A DNA stretch of 64,000 nt from Octopus vulgaris (taxonomy: Eukaryota), in contig OX597816.1 in the NCBI GenBank assembly GCA_951406725.2, positions 89,404,001 to 89,468,000 on the forward strand, in the 5' to 3' direction. The notes beneath the pieces were generated by a model. It was not told where the DNA came from. It was given only the letters and a program-made list of their open reading frames with translations, and searched no databases. Made by a program: the position numbers and the translations under genes. Of this stretch, positions 30,480 through 44,056 are shown one piece after another (the stretch's first letter is position 1; each line of letters starts with the position of its first letter).

Positions 30480-30650
30480 TTTCAGTGCTTAGCTTTTGAT
30501 ACTTCATAACACATAACCGTTTTTAAGTTTGTTTTTTTTTTTCTGATGGCCGGATAACTGAAGAGATGGCGGCGTGGATTTCCACCTCGGCATCGGAAAC
30601 TCGGAGTTTTATCATGACTACCGAATAATAATCACATATTACATTTACAG
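30480..30650 (+). mobile_element. Solo 3'-end remnant of the same PLE family, with HHR motif at 30553-30613
   Basis: ggataactgaagagatggcggcgtggatttccacctcggcatcggaaactcggagttttatcatgactaccga aligns to 61012-61085. It has canonical CUGAAGA and ends at (TA)n. Confidence 0.8.
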
Positions 30651-30946
30651 ATATATATATATACGCACACATACACAGACACATATATACGTATGTATGT
30701 ATATGTAAGTGAATGCGCATTTATGTATATGGATATCCATTTCCTACGTATATCTCTTCATATATATGTGTATGTATGTATGAATGTGTGCATATTTGTA
30801 ACCACACAGGTGTACACACACACACACTCATGTTCACGCACCTGCGATATTTATTCATTATAAATGAAACGTGCGTAAGATGTATTAAATATATTCATAA
30901 ACTATGCTGTTCTGTTTTACTTCATATAAGCGCACGCACGCACGCA

Positions 30947-31000
<54 letters not shown>

Positions 31001-31381
31001 TGTGTGTCTGTGTGTGTGTCTGTGTCTGTGTGTGTCTGTGTAGGTTTGTTTTGCATGCGTATGTGCGCAGATATCATTTGAGCAAATATTTGTTTAAAAT
31101 CCTGGGAGTACGAGAAGTTAACATAAAGTTCTCAATAATACGGGGATGACTTATTTGTGTCATTAGATTCACAAGACTGTTACCTTTCGTTAGAAATCTT
31201 TATCATTCATACTGGACTACTCTCAGGAGCATCCACTACTACAACGGCTTTTAAAATTCTTTCTGATATTTCTTATATTTATTTCTTGTTAATGAAATAC
31301 CCATAAAAATTATGTATTAAATATATTTACAAAGAGATTATCACGATGTTTTGTTTCATATATATATATATATATATATGG

Positions 31382-31424
<43 letters not shown>

Positions 31425-32594
31425 GCGTTTTTGCTGCTATATGTACGTTTATTTCGTTATTTTAGTTTCCTACTTTATTAGACAAGTTACTCATGTATGT
31501 GTATTCACGTTTCTTTTGTTTCTTCAACCTCTTATTATTTCCGTTTCTTTGTCGATATTTCAGAACTGCTTCATGCATTTACATCTCCGATAGCGTATGT
31601 AAATTTGGGGAACGGTTCCCCCGCTGCCCTTCATTCAACTTATTTTCGTATATCTATATTCTATGTTAATGAAGATGGTCTATTTCATCTAACTCACTTT
31701 TTTTACAGCTAATTTGTCTTCCTTCTTAATTATTTTAACTCTGTCTCTTAAAAATTTGTATCTATTCACCTCATATTTTGATGTAACTTTTCATCTCACC
31801 ATCTTCCTTATCATTAATATTTGTGTTTGTCATAATAAGGGGATCTGGTAGAATCGTTAACACACCGGGAAAAATACTCAGCAGCATTTCGTCCGTCTTT
31901 TCGACTTTGCCTTTGACCCTTTCGGGGTCGATAAAATCAATACCAGTTGAACAATGAGATCGATGTGGTTGAATTACCTGTTCCCCAAAATTTCTGGCCT
32001 TGTGTCAAAATTTGAAACCTATATTTATTTTATTTGTGTTTGGTGTTTTTTGTTTCTGTTTTTTTTACTAAGTTGGATTCTTTGTAAGTATGATTATGTT
32101 TTTTGTACATTTGAGCGTCGTCTTGTACCAGAACATATATTGACTTCAAATTTTGGCAAGAGGCAACAATTTCGCGGCAGGGGGTACGTTGATTACATCG
32201 ATCCCAGCGCTCAACTGGTACTTAATTTGTCGACCCCGAAATAATGAAAGACAAAGTTGACGGCGGTGGAATTTGAAGGACACACGAAATGCCGCCAGGT
32301 ACTTTTCCCGGCGTGCCATTCTGCTAGCTTGACGCCTTACTCGAGCTTACTAGTTATCTGCATTTCTCAGAAGACAGCTTCTTGTATCCCAAACGATTCG
32401 TTTGACATTAAAAGAAAATTCTGTTTTTAACAGCCATTTCCTTGAATTCGTAATGTCCCAGTCAGACGATTAGATTCTCTAAAATCAAAAAACAATACAT
32501 AGATATTTCGACTTTGTATCCATTGCTATCCATCCATGGAAATCATAAAATATCGCTAGTTTTGTCAGAAATATTCCTGAAGATTAACTATTTA

Positions 32595-32998
32595 TCTCTT
32601 TTACTCTTTTACTTGTTTCAGTCATTTAACAGTGGCCATGCTGGAGCACCGCCTTTTATCGAGCAAATCGACCCACGACTTATTCTTTGTAAGCCTAGTA
32701 CTTATTCTATCGGTCTCTTTTACCGAACCAATAAGTTACGGGGACGTAAACACACCAGCATCGGTTGTCAAACGATGTTGGGGTGACAAACACAGACACA
32801 CAAACATATACACAGACATACATATATATATACATATATACGACGGCTTTTTTCAGTTTCCGTCTACCAAATCTACTCACAAGGTTTTGGTCGGCCCGAG
32901 GCTATAGTAGAAGACACTTGCCCAAGGTGCCACGCGATGGGACCGAACCCGGAACCATGTGGTTGGTAAGCAAGCGTCTTACCACACTGCCACTCCTG
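32595..32998 (-). mobile_element. Full-length copy of the second SINE family; partial copies near 4020-4300, 5685-5790, 12620-12670, 34180-34810, 36850-36950, 57910-58000
   Basis: Reverse complement aligns end to end with 54440-54833. Confidence 0.9.
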
Positions 32999-33528
32999 AA
33001 AAATTCTATCGCTTAAACTGCTAAACCTGGGTTATAAAAAATTTCTAAAGCAACATTTGGGAGCCTACGAAAAAACTGCTGTCACCTCCAAAGGATACAG
33101 TCTTTCAGTTCTCGGGTACTATAACTTGTATATCTATCGGTCTAGCGATATAAGTATTGAAAATGTATACCTCTATTTTTTATAGTTTTTTATAGGTGTA
33201 CACACACGCACACACACACACACACACATATATATGCGGACTTGCAAAGATACATAAGTGCGAAGGCTCGTGCATACATACATACATACATACATACATT
33301 TGCATGTATGTTTGTGTACGTGTATGTATGCGTGTGCGTATGTGTGAGAATATTTGTGCATATGAATTTTCATATGTCATAGTTGCTGTCAAATTTAGCA
33401 ATCTAATTAAACTTTCCAGCTGTTTGCCAATCTGATAATTAATGTTATTATGTTGGAATAAATTGCAGAAACCGAAATTCAAGAGATCAACTTGCTGATA
33501 TGAATTGTTATAAGACTAGGTTCGAAAA

Positions 33529-33757
33529 CTCATCATCATCATCATCATCATGACGACGACGACGATGATGATGACGATGACGATGAGGATGATGATGATG
33601 ATGACGACCACGATAAGGACAACCACGACGAAGACGACGACGACGTTGAAGCTGATGATGAGGATGATGATGATGATGATGATGATGACGACGACGACGA
33701 CGATAATGACGATTTTAATGTTGATGATGACGAAGAGGATTATCATCATCATCATCA
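33529..33757. repeat. Cryptic (GAT/GAC)n tract bracketed by (CAT)n arms
   Basis: (CAT)n 33530-33551, (GAT/GAC)n to about 33740, (CAT)n 33743-33757. Confidence 0.95.
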
Positions 33758-34515
33758 ATTGCATTGCTGTGATAATTAACCTTATCATTTTCTTCTGCTT
33801 CCTCTTTTTCTCAGAATAAGAGATTCAAAAAAGAAAGGAGATAATGGATGGGGAAGCAAGTCCAAAAAATATGTGTTAATTAGTTAGGCTCTGCATCATT
33901 CTGTCATAAAGTTGAAACCAAAACCAAATCCATAAAGATGAGTTCGATTTCCTGTTTGTAACAACGTGTGGAAAACTGAATTTCAAACCAATGCTATGAA
34001 TTTCTGATGTTCATTATCCATTGTCACCCGATGCTTTTTCAGTATTTCGATATTAGCCCGAGTATTCCTAACCTCTGCCTTATCCGTTTCTCTTTATGGC
34101 AGTATGGTAGTGAGAGACTGTGTACTGCGATATTTTCAACCGGGTGATAATATTCCACAACAACATTTAATCATTTATTGACGCAGGCGTGACCGTGTGA
34201 TAAGTTGTTTACTTCCCAACTACATGGTCCCAGTTTCAGTCCCACTGCATCGTACCGTGGGCAAGTGTCTTCTATTATAGTTTCGGGCTGATCAAAGCCT
34301 TGTGATAGCATGTGATGAAAGGAAACGTCCGCCGTATATGAAGTGACTTTCACAAAAGTAGCATAAATTTTCTAGGCCGGTCAACTTTGTCCAATGGCTC
34401 AATGGGCCGATTGAGTGAACCATTCAATAACGAATCTATAATGATTACTTGAACAGCTGTAAGTCAAATTTACTATCATAAAGCAAAGTATGTAATGACT
34501 ATCATTTATGCCTTG

Positions 34516-34570
<55 letters not shown>

Positions 34571-35510
34571 TGTGTGTGTGTGTGTTCAACTAGTGCTTGA
34601 CAACTGGCGTTGATGTGTTTTGCATGATGCCTGCAACTTAGCAGTTCGGCAAAAGTGAACACGAATAGAATAAGTATCAAACCTTTAAGCAATAGCTTTC
34701 TTAAAGGTCTGGCCCTCATTCTATTCGTTCTCTTAGCCTCTTGTTCGACAAACACTTCAATGCTGTGCACCAGCACGGCCGCAGTCCAATGATTGAAGCA
34801 AGCAAAAAAATAAAGTTATCTATTTTATTGGACGGCGATTTGGCAAAATTGTTAGACTATGGCTACAATATTTCTTTTTTTGTATGATTTAGTAAGAGGA
34901 GTAAATTACAGTGCCAATGATCTTTCATCAAGTCCTCCGAGGCTTGATGTTGGAAGAGTAAATGCTATTCCCGTGCCAAAGGCTTACAACAGAGCAGAAT
35001 GTAGTAAAGGTGCCGCTTTTATTTCCCATGTTTCTTCTCCACTGCAAACTTATTTAAACTGTTTGTCCTGTGTGTGATTCAGTATATCTATATAATAGAA
35101 ATACGTCTGTCTTTACCCACCATCTCTCTTTTCACTGTTTAGAGAAATATATACCACCTATCCTGCTAGGTTAAGTTTTACATGTAATTTTATCATTGAT
35201 TATTATTCCAAAATGAATGCTATATGTATACCCCCAGGAAATCATGCTGCAATTCTGAGCAAATATACAAGACATCACACAATTTGCAATAAGTATGATG
35301 AATTTACAATTTCATAGACTAATTTTCGTTCAAACTTGTGGAAAGCCATAAATGATAAGATGTATGTGTACGTGTACACGTGTCCTCAAAATACGGGCGT
35401 GTTTCATATGTTGTATACATCAGTATGTACACACACACACACACGCGAATACATACATACATATACATATATACATATGAATGTGTGTTAGCGCGTGCGC
35501 GATAACGTAG

Positions 35511-36185
35511 TCTTTGTATCCAACGTAAGATGGATGCCTCATCAGAACAGCGAATACCGCGTTATTATCCTTGAGAGACCCTCCCATATAGGCGATTGGT
35601 GCATACAAGTACACACATAGACCGTTGCAGACGAACTGTGTCTGTCATGGACGTCGAAAATCCCATATCACGTGATTTTGGCCTATTGGACGTCACCAGT
35701 AGGAGGCACCGGTCACCGCATGCCATTCAAATCTCACTCCTACGATATGACGATCTATGCGGAGCCCTTCAAGACTAATAACGCAGTATTCAGTCCTAAC
35801 AGGGTATCCATGTTAAGTTAGATATAAAGATTACCTATTAATACTGTTTCTGCTGCTAGTAATTAATTTTTAATAAGCCTGTTGACTATTTGCGCCATCG
35901 GTATCTGAGAAGATATCGTACCAGTGAGATTTGATTGGCATGCGTTGACCGGTACTTCCCACTGGTGAGGTCCAATAGATCGAAATCACGGGATATGGGA
36001 ATTCCGGCGCCCACGACAGACAATTTTCGTCTGCTATGCTCTATGTGTGTGCTTTTATGCACCGAGAACCTATACGAAAAGATCTCCTAAGATTAATAGC
36101 GCAGTATTTGATGTTTTGATAAGGCATCCACGTGAAGTTGGGTATAAAGAATAACTTTTGGTATTAATACTGCTACTGTCGCTAA
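35511..36185. repeat. Old fold-back element: 238-bp inverted arms plus an internal extra unit
   Basis: 35511-35748 versus reverse complement of 35913-36150: 188/238 identical, no gaps (manual count). 35753-35865 repeats 36068-36185. Confidence 0.9.
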
Positions 36186-36589
36186 TATACATATATATAC
36201 ATACACACACATAGACAAATATATACATATATATATATACATACACAATTACATACACGCTTACATACTTACATACATCAGTATTTCTCTATCTATCTGT
36301 ATATATAATGCAATTAATCTGTGTTAAAAGCAAAAAACAAAACAAAGGAAATAAAGTTCTTAAATACGATGCCTCCCTTTATGCGTTTTTTTTTTTTTTT
36401 TGTTAATTGTAAACTCTCGTAACCCTCGTGTAATCTCTTGATTTATTCAAAATGGAGGTGATTACCAGCACTGTTAATCTACTTATAAAGAATATTTATC
36501 CATCATATGCGCTGTTGGACACTCAATGTCACTGTTCGATACTATCGTACAAACACACACACACGCGCGCGCGCGCGCACACGCACACA

Positions 36590-36629
<40 letters not shown>

Positions 36630-38225
36630 CATACATATATAACGTCTCCTTTGTCTCTGTTTTATTTGTATGAATACTATTAGATGTTTTATTTCTGTTT
36701 CTCTTTGATATATATTATGCATCTTTGGTATATATTATCTAGCTCACTAGTCGAGCTAGAAATTTATTATTATAATCATCTTCATTTCTAAGTCTATTTA
36801 AGTCTCATGTACAGTCTTTATACTCTCTGTGTATCCACGGATATACACGCGGATATACCCACATGATTAAGCATGACTATAAAATTCGCATGTAATCCCA
36901 AGATTCAACGTTCTGCTAGACTGTGCGGTGCTCGTGCCAATTATTTTCTGCTTTCTATTATTACCAAAGCGAAACTAGAGCAATTTAGTCGCCTCGAATT
37001 ATAAGAAAGTCTGCCGGGTGAATTGTCCACTATCTTGAACGATAGACTAAATCTGTCATTACAACTTAGCTTGTGATGCCTATAGCTGAGTCCACACTGC
37101 CGCAAGCATTCGTCTGAGATATCTGTTTCGAGAATAACCCATAAGTATCTCCATGATGCCCTGAAAGAGTTATTGATCTTGACCTTCATCCTCTGACTAA
37201 GCAATAAAAGCAAAATGGTATTTGTTCAGCAAACTGAAATCAAAATATTGTGAAGAACATTCTACCGCCGTTGAAGAGAAATAAGCTGTTTCAATTCATT
37301 TCACTTCAGGTACACTGCTAAAGCTCCTGGGAAGATATAAAGATCAGAACATTCTCATTTTCCAGTTAATATACAAACTTTATAACAGATGTTAGAAATC
37401 AATATCAAACAAAGAAGATAATTGTTAGAAAGTTATGAAAAACGAATAAATCACATGAACAGGAATTCAATCTAAAGTGTTTGCAACAAACTCACCAAAG
37501 CGAATATACATGGAATTTACTGATGAAACAAAGCAATGGTGGCTTGTCGTGTCTTGTGGTTGTTCATACTTCCATCTGTTAGAAGCAAACTATGTTTGGT
37601 GCTGATAAATTGAACAAAAATAGGAATTACTTAAGTCTTGTCAAGAAAAACCAGAAAAGAAAATAATGACATATAAATGGTTATTTATATGCAGAGAATG
37701 AGATTGATAGTTTGCTTATTTGCTTAGTTACTGAGTTTACTGGATAGCTCGCTTGCCAGTATGACTGGTTGGTGAGATGGCATGTCCACATACAACCGCA
37801 GATAGAAGATCTATCAGTATGCAAACGAGGAAAACAAAGTTTACAGGAGAGAAGAGAGAAACGAGCGGAGAAATATAGCAAAAACAAAAAAAAAACAGCA
37901 AAGCTGCATAATATTTAAAAGGTGTTATACTAGACATATCAATAAAAGCTGTGAGTAAACATGGGAAGATGAAAGAGAATGCATACACACAGACATATAG
38001 ATATATATTTATACATATATATACGCATATGTAGATAGATATGTGTATACAAACACACATACACATGTATATATACACTCATGAATATACATGTAAATCT
38101 AAACCATCACAAACATACACAATAAACACGTGCGTGTGAGCATGTGCGTATATAGGTATACACATACACATCCATACACGCGCGCGCGCATACACACACA
38201 CAAGCATACACACACACACACACAG

Positions 38226-38288
<63 letters not shown>

Positions 38289-39097
38289 AAGGGAGAGAAA
38301 AAGAGAGAGATGTATTAGTAAATATATATATACAAATGTATGTACATACTTACATATCATCTGCGTACTTTTGTGTTTAGGCATGCATATGTAATTCTCC
38401 GTCGGTGTTTGAGGCTATACATATCGAACAGGCAATGACAAGTGAATGAATCTAATATACAGTCAGTTTGAAAATAGATAGATCAAAAATAGAATTACCA
38501 TAATAGTAAACATGGTTTAGGGTTTAAGAAAACATGTTGATCTATAGACAGAAACGGTAACTTGTATAATATTAGCTGACAAACAATCTCGACGTATATT
38601 ATGTTCAGAATCTTCTGTACGAAAGAAAAAAAACGTTGATAAATGCTCCGTCACCACGTTTTGCTTACTTCAAATAAAGAAAAGAAAACGAAAATTTGAG
38701 AAAAGGAAAAGAAATAATTACAGACAAAATGAGAGTAGAGAATATAGGAAGATAAGCAATACTGGACAAATTACAAATTTCAGATATGCAATAGTTTTGT
38801 AGACTTGTAAATTACATTTTATTTTCTTGGTGTAGTAAAAAAAACAGAAATAGATGAGTTACACTGGTAACCTATATCTGCATTCGAATACATCTCATCA
38901 GCCATGTACTACATAAGTGCTTTTCTTGGACTATATTTCTCTTTCTCTTCGGATCTTTGCTCTCTCCTCTTTCTCACGAAGAGCTATGCTCGAAATATCA
39001 CACACACCTACGCGTTTCCATTTTATACTAAGCATCAAACTGTGTACGTCCTTTCGACTTTCGTTGTTTTTGTTTTTATTTTTATTTTCGATTTGCC

Positions 39098-39129
<32 letters not shown>

Positions 39130-39134
39130 CATAC

Positions 39135-39490
39135 ATGGTGGCTGCCCCCTCGTTATCGAGTATGGCCATTGCACGAAGTTTAATCAATGTTGTTATCGTG
39201 CAATGCCTGTGCAAGAAGATTTTTTTAAAGTGAGGAAAGGCTGTGCACAGAGTCAATCCCACTCACTAAGCAACATCAGCCATAATCCGAAAAGAAGAAC
39301 AAGTCAACATCATCGGTAACCACTGAGCCGCAGGTTTTATATCGGAGTTATCCCAGTTACCTGAGTTACCTTCTCCTAGAAGGATGCCCTAACAAAGGCT
39401 AGGAGTCCTTCACTCACAATGGTTTAACCGGGCGATCGGGTATTCAGTCCGATTATTTCTATGTCCCCGCGCATGATACAGCCTTAAGAC
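39135..39490 (-). mobile_element. Retroposon fragment (RTE-5'UTR/SINE-like) inserted in (ATAC)n
   Basis: Flanked by (ATAC)n on both sides; contains ccttctcctaga..gcc..aaggct, a motif familiar from RTE-related repeats. Confidence 0.45.
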
Positions 39491-39715
39491 ATTTATTGAC
39501 ATACATACACACATACATACATACATACATACATACATACATACATACATACATACATACATACTTACATATAAGCATATAAAGAGCACAAGTAGGGTTT
39601 GAATTTCTTGCCGCTGTTTCGGTAGAACTTTATTGATGTATTCATAGATTACATCATGGCATATATCCATCTTCAGGGTGATGAGCCTAGATTCTAATGA
39701 ATCCTATAACTAATC

Positions 39716-39767
<52 letters not shown>

Positions 39768-40279
39768 CCTTGCATCTCTTCCAACATAATCTATTTCATC
39801 CAATATACTCTTTGCGACTCTTTATATATTGAACAATCGGGCTGTCGGCTAGCCGACTGATTTACTGAACATCTACGAGATATCCGCTTACATAAATATA
39901 CCCCTGTCGTCCGTCATTTTTGCTCTATCAACCACTCGACCGAACACCTCACTGTTTTCAGCTTTGCCTTGCACAATGGATCCACCACCACCAGACTTTG
40001 CCTTGAACAACACAACATCTTCGAACCCACATACCGTTTGCACTAAATCTCCCACTCCTTCCTGTGACAATTTCCACATACGTTTCTTTGCTTTTCATTA
40101 GATTTAATTTTAATTTTTTAAAATTTAATTTTAGTTTCTCAACTTTTTCAAAATCTATTTAGTTGAAATTCATTTTAATTTTAATTAATTTATTTAATTA
40201 ATTAAATTATTTCTTTTTTTCATTATTTTCACTTTATCTTCCCCTCACTTTCACACGCCCATATACATATACAGTGTAA

Positions 40280-40472
40280 CTCTTACAGGATCTGGTCTCC
40301 AACTATTTTTATCAATCACTTGTCCCAGATACTTTATTTCTCGCATAAAAAAAAACTCGCATTTTTCTTCGCTCAGTTTAAATTCATACTTCTTTATTCT
40401 GTCGAAGAACTTTTTAACGTGTTCCTCATACTGGTCTCGCGGCTCACTTTTCATGAGTATGTCATCCACCAA
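40280..40472 (-). mobile_element. Gypsy LTR-retrotransposon RT fragment
   Basis: VDDILMKS...EHVKKFFDRIKKYEFKLSEEKCEFF..EIKYLGQVID...PDP. Confidence 0.85.
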
Positions 40473-40642
40473 ATCACCAATACGTAATCTTACGATATCT
40501 CTTTTTAATAGCTTCTACGACTCACTGTATAATATATGGCTGCACATACTACATTCTTCTGGTATCTCCAGCACGCATGCGTATTTACACAATCCAAAAC
40601 CGTTTATTTATCCATTCACGGGGGTGTTCGGATTTCACCAAA

Positions 40643-40695
<53 letters not shown>

Positions 40696-40933
40696 TAATG
40701 ATGTTTGTACGAGCGAGTGTACATGCGCCATACAATCTAAGCGAGGGCTTTTATGCATCCATATCTGTTAACGATTATATTTTTTCGCATTTTTGAGTAT
40801 TCTTTTTGTATATGTTATTTATTATGGATCTTCTATAAAAATGAAGCTGTAACCCTTAATTTGCTGCTTTTCTATTAATAAACCGAGAAGATATCTTCTC
40901 GGAACATTTGTAATCTTAATAAAATACATTTTA

Positions 40934-41028
40934 TAATCACTTGAAGAGACACATCTACACAGGCGGATGCTCCTAAATCCGTGAGGATCGATGCTGGATG
41001 CGTCGAAACAATTGTAGTGATTAATAAA
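40934..41028 (+). ncRNA. Type I hammerhead ribozyme (C3U variant) followed by AATAAA
   Basis: taatcac-TTGAAGA-gacacatc...gatgcgtc-GAAA-caattg-TA-gtgatta-ataaa. 7-bp stem I, palindromic stem III, GUA triplet. Confidence 0.75.
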
Positions 41029-41152
41029 CATTCTCGTATCTTCCATCTTTCGCCTGTCTCATTAATCAAATACTCAACGAACACTGTGAAAATGAACATG
41101 CTTTACCGGTAAACTACCAGATGTATACCATAACATTTATTGTCTAATAATA

Positions 41153-41191
<39 letters not shown>

Positions 41192-41354
41192 GTAAATTTA
41201 GGGTGAATACTTGATAAGTGTAAGCACCTGTATATGCCAGATAGTGGCAGAGGTGAGAGAGAATATATCAAATAAAATTAAAAATATGTACGTAGCCTAC
41301 TCGTAGTTTGTTGTTCAAATTTCAGTTCCTTGACTGAATATATCTTTTTTCGGT

Positions 41355-41397
<43 letters not shown>

Positions 41398-41499
41398 CAC
41401 CATGTTTATACCCAAAGAAACTTACACACGTCGTTCAAATGGCAAATAATGTTGGCGAGTAACTCTCCTTCTTTAGCAATCCTTGTTCCTGTTCTTATC

Positions 41500-42290
41500 G
41501 TAATGATTTCTTGACAACCGAATAGTGCAAGTAGTCTAACGTCCACAGAACTTTATGTATTGTCTATGGAGATTGACAATAGCAATGTGCACAAATGGAA
41601 GAAATTTAATTAAAGGAAAGCTGGCATTGAAGACAAACCACACCGAGTTACCATCAATTGTGAAAGCTGGCATGAATCGCCAGTGACTGGACAAACGGAT
41701 TCCTACGATGAGTCGAGCCGCATTCTATGAGTTTACTGCACAACTGGACTGTGTTCAGAATGCGGTAAAGACATTACCATAAAACGTTGTGTTGGAAATT
41801 GTGTGCAAAGTGGGTTCCTCGACAGTTGACAACCGATATCAGGGAGAGAAAAGTGGAAGTCTATTCTGATCTGTACATGAAGCCAGTGAAGACATTTTTT
41901 TTTCGATCCAGTGACTGGTGATGAAATTTAAGCATACCTTTATAAATCGGAAAAAGCGGCTCAGTTCATAGAATGGCAAGTTTTAACAATTGCAAAGCCA
42001 GCGATCAAGGTATAGTTTTGTTGATAGGTGTTTGAAAGGACGACAAAGGCATAATTCGCCTCAATTTTCTGAAACATTGCTGTAAGCGGTATACTGGGGC
42101 ACTCAAAAAGTTTAGAAAAGCTTCTGAATGAAAGACCTAATAAGGATCTGGAAACACTCCGTGATTATGCACGTCCATACGCAACTTTAGCAGCAAATTG
42201 GTTGTGAAGAAGTGAGTTAAACAATACATATATGAAATGTTTCTATGAGTGTTCGTGAATTGGGTTCAACGCATTGCTTGGGAGTAAGTC
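41500..42290 (+). mobile_element. Older mariner transposase relic
   Basis: KLCAKWVPRQLT (WVPxxL motif) near 41797-41832 and VTGDE near 41911-41925; many lesions. Confidence 0.75.
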
Positions 42291-42601
42291 TATTATTACA
42301 AATACATTTTTATAAAGAATGAGTCACTCTGTTGATATGCACAATTTGAATGATCTATGTGAGTTAAAAAGTTATGTCCTATTTTACATTACTTTATGTA
42401 GAACCGTCTTACACACACATACATGCACACACATTCATGCTCACACATACACACGTACAACACATTCAGATACACACATACGCCATACGCACACACACAT
42501 ATCTATTTTGAACTGCGTTTTTATTTCAGCTAGTCTGTAGAACGTTATTGATTTATAAATAGTGTATATACACACACATAGACACGCACACGTATATACA
42601 A

Positions 42602-42690
<89 letters not shown>

Positions 42691-42863
42691 GCACACATAT
42701 AAACAGTATATGAAACAATATATATGCATTCGTATAATATATATATATGTGTGTGTGTGAGTGTATGCATGTATATATACATACATATATATCTAAATAT
42801 ACATATAGAACATATATATATATACATGTATATATAAGAAACAATATATATGCTTATCTATAA

Positions 42864-42896
<33 letters not shown>

Positions 42897-43815
42897 ATAA
42901 ATTTATATATATATATATATACACTCACACACACACACTCACACACGCACACTCACACACACACAGAGGTACATATATGTTTATGTGTGTGCCTATGTCT
43001 GTGTATTGCCAATTAAGCAGTAAAATTTACGTTTCTGTTTTCTTCAGGGAACAGTAAATGGGTACAATAGATTATAAAACACGAGAAAATAAAATTAGAA
43101 GAAATTGAAAACGGTATTAAAGAAAGAAATGTTGAATTAATAGAAAACTAACGTTAAGATGACTACTCAAAAACAAATGAATAAATAACAGAGATATAAC
43201 ATTGTTTTTTAATGTGATATGAAGTTAGATGATCGACGATGTCGTTCACCCAAGATATTTCAGAAGAAGAACAGAAAAGTGGAAAGAAATGAGTGACAGT
43301 TAATCAAAAAAATTACATCGAAATGAAATGAAATGAAATATATAGTCATTCGGGGAATAACACGACAAAAGTAATGGGTAAGAAAGCAGCTGTTTTTATC
43401 AAATATAAATATTAAATGTCAGTGTAAATATCATATACGTATATAAAAACAATATATAAATACATCTATGTATTTTATGTCTTTTAAATTGTATATACAT
43501 ACAGCCGGATATATATATATATATATATATATATGGAAGGAGAGAGAGATGTATATACATATATATCTAGATCAATGTATATATATATATGTGTATATAT
43601 ATATGTATATATATATATGTATGTATGTATATATATATTTATGTGTGTGCATATACACATACAAACACGCTCATACATGATTATTATTGTTGTTGTTGTT
43701 ATTGTTGTTATTATTGTTATTAGTAGTAGTATCATTATTATTATTATCACTTTCATTATTGTTGGTGTTCTTAAAAGTATATACATGTGTGTGTATGAAT
43801 GTATGTATATGTATA

Positions 43816-43871
<56 letters not shown>

Positions 43872-43979
43872 TTAAAATATTACCCATATTGGTATAAATA
43901 TTATCTGTAAATATATCTAACCATTCATTATTTATTGTGTAAGCTTCGTTGCTTAAAATGCATTTTTATCACTCTTTCT

Positions 43980-44056
<77 letters not shown>

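Noticed and set aside
37538-37660. Weak similarity to the reverse complement of the 63.6-kb duplicated block (gtcttgtg-N11-ttccatctg)
   Set aside because: Two short matches only, with spacing lost afterwards; cannot be distinguished from chance.
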